Assembly: GCA_964016885.1 (NCBI GenBank)
Contig: OZ024755.1
Coordinates: forward strand, 23,312,001 to 23,376,000
Source: Eledone cirrhosa
Taxonomy: Eukaryota
Direction of reading: 5' to 3'
DNA: 64,000 nt
Below the pieces are notes generated by a model. The model was not told where the DNA came from. It worked only from the letters and a program-made list of their open reading frames with translations, and ran no database searches. A program made the position numbers and the translations under genes. Positions 59,822-64,000 of this stretch are shown in pieces; within the stretch, counting starts at the first letter, position 1; the number at the start of each line of letters is the position of its first letter.

Positions 59822-62800
59822 CATACACGTATATCATCACCGTTTTACGTCCGTTCTTCCACGCTAATATATATATATATGTATGTATGATATAGCTGTA
59901 TAAATATAGTGTGTATAACCAAGACTGCAACAGCGTGTATATTAATATACACATTTTTAATATGTAGACATACAAACACACACAAATCTGCGCGCGTCAA
60001 AGACTTGACAGCCTCCCTAGTGTTGGTTATTTACATGACAAAAGCACCCGGTACATGCTGTAAATTGGTTGGTGTTAGAAAGGACCATAGAAAGATGGCC
60101 AAACAAAAGGTTGGGAGAGCCTTCCAGTTGTGTCAAAGACACAGCAACCTATCTAGTGCTGGTGCCATGATAAAATGCACTTGTTAGAACGTGGAACTGT
60201 ATGTAAGTGAGATGCTAATGCTCAGCCTGTCTGGGAGGTCAGTGGCCCTGCTTTAGTACAGAATTGGTCTATGAAGACCCATCCAACCCTTGCTAGCAAG
60301 GAAAGAGGACATTAATGTTGTTGATGATGATGATTATAATACATATTCATTAAATAGATAGTGCCTGACGGGTGAGCTCACACTATTTTGACAGTGAGTG
60401 TATAAGATTGAAACAGCATGAGTTCAGCTGTTGGCTACTAACAATTGACATTACATACACTCTACTTTCTCAAGTAATGAGTACTTAGCTGAACATGTAA
60501 GCCTTTACACTAATATCCACCCCACACCTGCTACTCCATCCTCCCACTTCCGTCCACTGTAAAGTGGTCGTGTAGGTGACATGACAAAAAGCACTCAGTC
60601 TACAGTGTAAAGTGGTCATGTAGGAGACACGGTAAAAAGGCTCCCAGTCCACACTGTAAATGTGGTTGGTGTTAGGAAGGGCATCCAGCCATAGAAAACC
60701 TGCCAGAAACAGTTCTGTACAAGTGAGACACGGTCACCCGACAAATCTTGTCTCAAGTGGGACAAACCCGTCCAACTCATGCTAGCGTGGAAGATGGACG
60801 TTAAACAAAGATGATGAAGATATATATAAAGTCTAAAGTCTGTCTCAAGGCCAGAGGCTCATCAGGCCAGAACTTATCCCGATTTCCATGACATTAAGCA
60901 ACTGAGAGTACAGTACTCCCCACCTGGACAGGATGCCAATCCATCACAGGGTTAAACTCCCTGCTATTGCTGGTACTCGTTTTCAGTTGAGTATACTGGG
61001 GCAACATGAAATGAAGTGTTTTGCTCAAGAACACAACACACAACCCAGGCCAAGAATTGAACCCACAACATTATGGTTGTAAGTACAACACCCTTACCAT
61101 ACCACGTTTAACTTAGCTTGTTTTTCGTCTTTTACACAGCGGACGGTGTGAAAGTGTCCATGAATGATTTCATCATAAAAGCAGCAGCCCATGCATTACA
61201 GGTAAGGAGTTTACTGACATTTCATATTGTGTGAGAGATTGATAACAATTCTTTGAAAACAAGAGAGAAAGGTGTCAATGTGGTCACTTAACTGACTTGC
61301 TACCTGAAACAGGATTATCATAGCTTGAATGCTCCTACTCATAGAGTTGCTTGGTCAGGGTTGACCTGGGGTTAAATGACAACCATGCTATTAGGAAATT
61401 ATGTGGAGTTATGTTGAGCAAATCACTTTATTTCATATTGCTCTTTCTGCCAGGTGTTGCAACCAGTAGATAGTATCAGCAATAGAAAGACCAATGGAAA
61501 CTTTGTTTCCTTGGTCCAATTTGATGAGTTCCACCCAACTCAGTAAGCAAATAAGGTCGGGGATCTTGTAGATTACCTTAACCCTTTAGCATTTAAACTG
61601 GCCACATCCAGCCAGAATTGTCTCTTTTTTTTTTCTGTGCAAACCAGCCACTCATACTAACATTAGGGTATTGTTCTCAAAATAATATTGTTTGCAAAAT
61701 GTCATAGATTCGATATTATGAGATAATTATGTAAGATAAAGCCTTACCATAAAAATACAATAGTATATATAGAGAAATGTAAATGCTAAAGGGTTAAAAA
61801 AAAATGGCTCTGCCAGTTTGTCACCTTATAATTTTAGACACGGTTAACCCTTTAGCATTTAAACCGGCCAGAATTCTCTCACCTCTTTCTGTTCAAACTG
61901 GCCACTCATACTGATATTAAGGTATTGTTCTCAAAATAAGTAACATTGAAATCTCATAGATTCGATATTATGTGAGATAAAGCCTTTACTGCGAAAATAC
62001 AATAGTATATATATAGAGTAATGTAAATGCTAAAGGGTTAAACATTGAAATTTGAATAATCGATAGAAATATGTCTTTTGTTTGTTTCTGTCTCCCCCAA
62101 ACCATCAGAGGGTACCTGATATGAATGCTGTAGTAAACGATGGTAAACCCACCCAATTACCAACTGTGGATATTTCAATAGCTGTGGCAACACCAAATGG
62201 ACTCATTACACCAATTGTTAAAAATGCAGCGTCTCTTGGTGTTTCAGATGTTTCAAGCACAGTCAAGGTAAGTAATCAGTTAGTTACTTATATGTATATT
62301 TATCTAATTATCGTCTGATGATCCTGTGAGTACGTAGGTGAAACCCCAGAGAAATAAGGCTCAGTACTTAACCATAATTAAATATTTAAACTCTACTTTG
62401 GTACTGAGTACTTTTTCTCTCGTCTGTCAAATGAACGGGTATGTATGTATGTATATATATATGCATGTGTGTGTATATATATGTATATATTGTAATAATC
62501 CTACTAGTCCACCACCCTAGACTGCTACTTTATTTACTGCCCTCAGAAAGATGAAGGACAAGGTTCACCTCACTGAGATTTACAACTCAGAACACAAGAA
62601 GCCTAAATAAATATGCAAAGCATTTCATTGTCCACTCACGTTTCTGCCAATTTACCTTATTGAGGATAATTATTAAAATTTGAAGAGATGAGAGGCTGGC
62701 TGCTTCATCATTATTTTACATCCAGTATTTATGTTAGCATGGGCTGGACAAATCATCACAATCCAGGTTGATTCTCATTCAGAGCTACTGTTTTTCTAGA

Positions 62801-64000
62801 TGGGTTGTCTCATTCATTCCTGTCCATTTTTGTTAAGGTTTCTGTGTGTAACAGTGATAAAAAGAGACAGGAAAAATCAACGTTAGTACTTTGTTTATTG
62901 ACCCTGAAAGGATGAAATGCAAAGTTGACCCTCATGGGATTTGATTTGAACTCAGAGCACAACAAGCTGGAACAAATACAGGGGAATTTTTAATACAACA
63001 CCCAAACAACTCTACCAATTAATCACCCTGTGTGTGTGTTTGTGTTTTCTTTTTAGTTGATTTACACAATAAAAGCACCAGTACATACTGTGAAGTGGTT
63101 GGTGATAGGAAAGACATCCAGCCGTAGAAAGCTTGTTAAACAAGGGGTTGGGAGGTCCCTTCAGTTTGTGTCTAAAGACACGACAACCTCCTCTGCACTC
63201 GATATGATGGTTCATAAGTGGGATACCAACTCTTTGGCCTGTGAGGTCAGTAGCCCCGCTTCAGTACTGACTTGGTTTATGTAGACCCATCCAACCCTTC
63301 CTAATAAGGAAAGTGGACATTAAATGTTGTTGATGATGATGATGATGATAAAGAAATATATTATTTTTTGGTTTGTTTTCACATATGATCCTTACTTTGT
63401 TATTGTGGACCCTTGCATTTTTCTCTAATTTAATCTTGGTTGTAGCTGTTGGTGTTTTTATATACTTATTTCTTGTTCAGGAACTTGCCGGAAGGGCACG
63501 AGTGGGAAAACTCCAGCTCCATGAATTTCAAGGAGGTTCATTTAGGTAAGTTTCAATGTATAGACCTGTAACTCACGGGGAAGTCGTAGGGGTGGTGTAT
63601 TGACATACAGCATTTGTAGGGCATTTTTTCCTTTTTAAACCTGGTGGAGTCCATCTCCTCTCCATCTCAGAACATAGATTTCTTCCAGAGAAGGATAGAA
63701 AGTGAGAAAATGGAAGTTAGAGATAGAGGAAGAATCAACTCCAGTACTAGACTGGTACTTTGTTTTAGCAACCTCAAATAGATGAACAGCTAAGTTGACC
63801 TCGGCGGGATGTGAATTCAGACAGCAGATAGCCGGAATGCGCTCTATCCGATGTTCTCCTTAGTGCTGATGCCACAATAATATGCACTTGGTAGAGTGTG
63901 GGGGTGTTGATGATGCATTTTACATTTTTTTTTTTTTTTTTTTATTTCAGCATATCAAACCTAGGAATGTTTGGAATAAGTGAATTTTCTGCTGTAATCA
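39560..64000 (+). CDS. PDHX: Pyruvate dehydrogenase protein X component / E3-binding protein, mitochondrial, with two lipoyl domains; 3' end lies outside the window
   Basis: In-frame GT-AG exons: 39560-39686 (Arg-rich transit peptide [13 protein letters not shown]...), 43262-43339, 44375-44475 and 44680-44851 (lipoyl 1: [11 protein letters not shown]...IQTDKA), 46490-46567, 48152-48252 and 49612-49832 (lipoyl 2), 54585-54683 (subunit-binding [11 protein letters not shown]...[10 protein letters not shown]), 58417-58627 ([19 protein letters not shown]), 59497-59572 (TIPHSY), 61140-61201 ([10 protein letters not shown]), 62109-62267 ([18 protein letters not shown]), 63481-63545 (EFQGGSFS) and 63951 onward (ISNLGMFGI). 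PHSY, GGSFSISNL and VEEGDDW resemble PDHX more than DLAT (PHYY, GGTFTISNL). DLAT cannot be fully excluded because the catalytic DHR motif is outside the window. Confidence 0.82.
40205..40502. repeat. Two diverged ~140-155-bp tandem direct repeats containing (CA)n
   Basis: CAAATATAAATGCA(CA)n...CGTAAATGCAAGGTTATATAAACAC...ACTCTTTAACAGTATTTACCATTCT occurs twice. Confidence 0.8.
42441..42812 (+). mobile_element. tRNA-derived CORE-SINE, long-tail variant
   Basis: A-box-like TGGCTTAGTAG, degenerate B box and CORE CCTTGAGCATGACACTTTATTTCAC. The tail is shared with the inverted copy at ~25915-26232. Confidence 0.7.
42878..43065 (+). mobile_element. tRNA-derived SINE with a Nin/Deu-type central domain (representative of a multi-copy family)
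   Basis: A box TGGCAGTATCGG, B box GAGTTCAAATCC, then CTTTTCATCCTTACGGGGTCGATAAAATAAAAGTACCAG. Other copies lie at ~19165, 42095, 46650, 50520, 50740, 52540, 53120, 55345 and 55555 (+), and ~23950, 40905, 62880 and 63735 (-). Confidence 0.75.
47797..48000. mobile_element. Mariner-like MITE
   Basis: TA-CGTCGGTTGGCTGAAAAGTT at the left end and the inverted GAACTTTTCAGCCAAC (duplicated) at the right end. Confidence 0.5.
48355..49487 (+). mobile_element. Composite of RTE pieces: 5' UTR plus endonuclease start (48355-48797), SINE-like tail piece, and RT 3' end (48930-49487)
   Basis: [22 protein letters not shown] (APE N-terminus), then [18 protein letters not shown]...LHGSETWA...[20 protein letters not shown], ending in a (GAT)n tail. 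Confidence 0.8.
51339..51535. mobile_element. hAT (Charlie-like) MITE
   Basis: TIRs CAGCGTTTTTCAACC and GGTTGAGAAACGCTG, with an exact 8-bp TSD ATATAAAC. Confidence 0.85.
51720..52180 (+). mobile_element. Decayed 3' end of a CRE-like (restriction-like endonuclease) non-LTR retrotransposon
   Basis: Translates [16 protein letters not shown]...[21 protein letters not shown], resembling the AA..AE..K..KY and LFQRLS....RGN...IL motifs of CRE elements. Ends in an A-rich stretch. Confidence 0.5.
53370..53758 (-). mobile_element. Decayed LINE RT C-terminal fragment
   Basis: [22 protein letters not shown]...AYNIFWRCH...[14 protein letters not shown], typical of the post-RT region of LINEs. Confidence 0.6.
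58670..59130 (+). repeat. SINE-like element with about seven ~45-bp tandem units
   Basis: GTCATGCTGGTGACATG.CAAA.AGCACCCAGTC.ACTCTGTAA repeated, then AGGAAGGGCATCCAG...CCCATGAAAGCATGGAAAATGGAC. Confidence 0.75.
61582..62037. mobile_element. Two adjacent copies of a ~200-bp piggyBac-like MITE
   Basis: Each is bounded by TTAA-CCCTTTAGCATTTA...TAAATGCTAAAGGG-TTAA (~61582-61793 and ~61848-62037). Confidence 0.8.
62301..62384 (+). ncRNA. Degenerate hammerhead-like motif in PDHX intron 12 (probably inactive)
   Basis: CTGATGA (62315-62321), stem II CCTGTG-AGTA-CGTAGG, GAAAC (62340-62344) and an imperfect stem III ending GGCTC. A stem-I-like TATCTAATTATCGT/ACCATAATTAAATA pair is offset by 8 nt. Confidence 0.4.

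Noticed and set aside
39560-64000. DLAT (E2) call based on two lipoyl domains
   Set aside because: Inner-domain and linker residues ([28 protein letters not shown]) resemble PDHX more; kept only as a minor alternative.

Overview
AT-rich eukaryotic (animal) genomic DNA. The SINE/LINE repertoire and very long (TA)n/(TATG)n arrays suggest a cephalopod, probably an octopus (inference). Bases 1-17000 contain no host gene. They hold a decayed RTE LINE and a ~13-kb TA/TATG microsatellite field with several insertions: a perfect 117-bp-arm palindrome, a tandem array of three identical 310-bp units, a tRNA-derived CORE-SINE and two tail-to-tail CR1-group LINEs. Each 310-bp unit carries a type I hammerhead ribozyme motif on the - strand, giving a retrozyme/viroid-like circRNA architecture; this is the most interesting item in the window. 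Two spliced + strand genes follow: a complete 17-exon DEAD-box helicase DDX51/Dbp6 (17370-35874) and a PDHX/E3BP-like gene (39560 to beyond 64000) with two lipoyl domains produced by a three-exon duplication. The introns are full of SINEs, RTE/CRE fragments and hAT, piggyBac, Tc1/mariner and Merlin-like MITEs. The long IY/YM-repeat ORFs in the ORF track are microsatellite artefacts. All exon and motif calls were made by eye; no database search or folding program was run.
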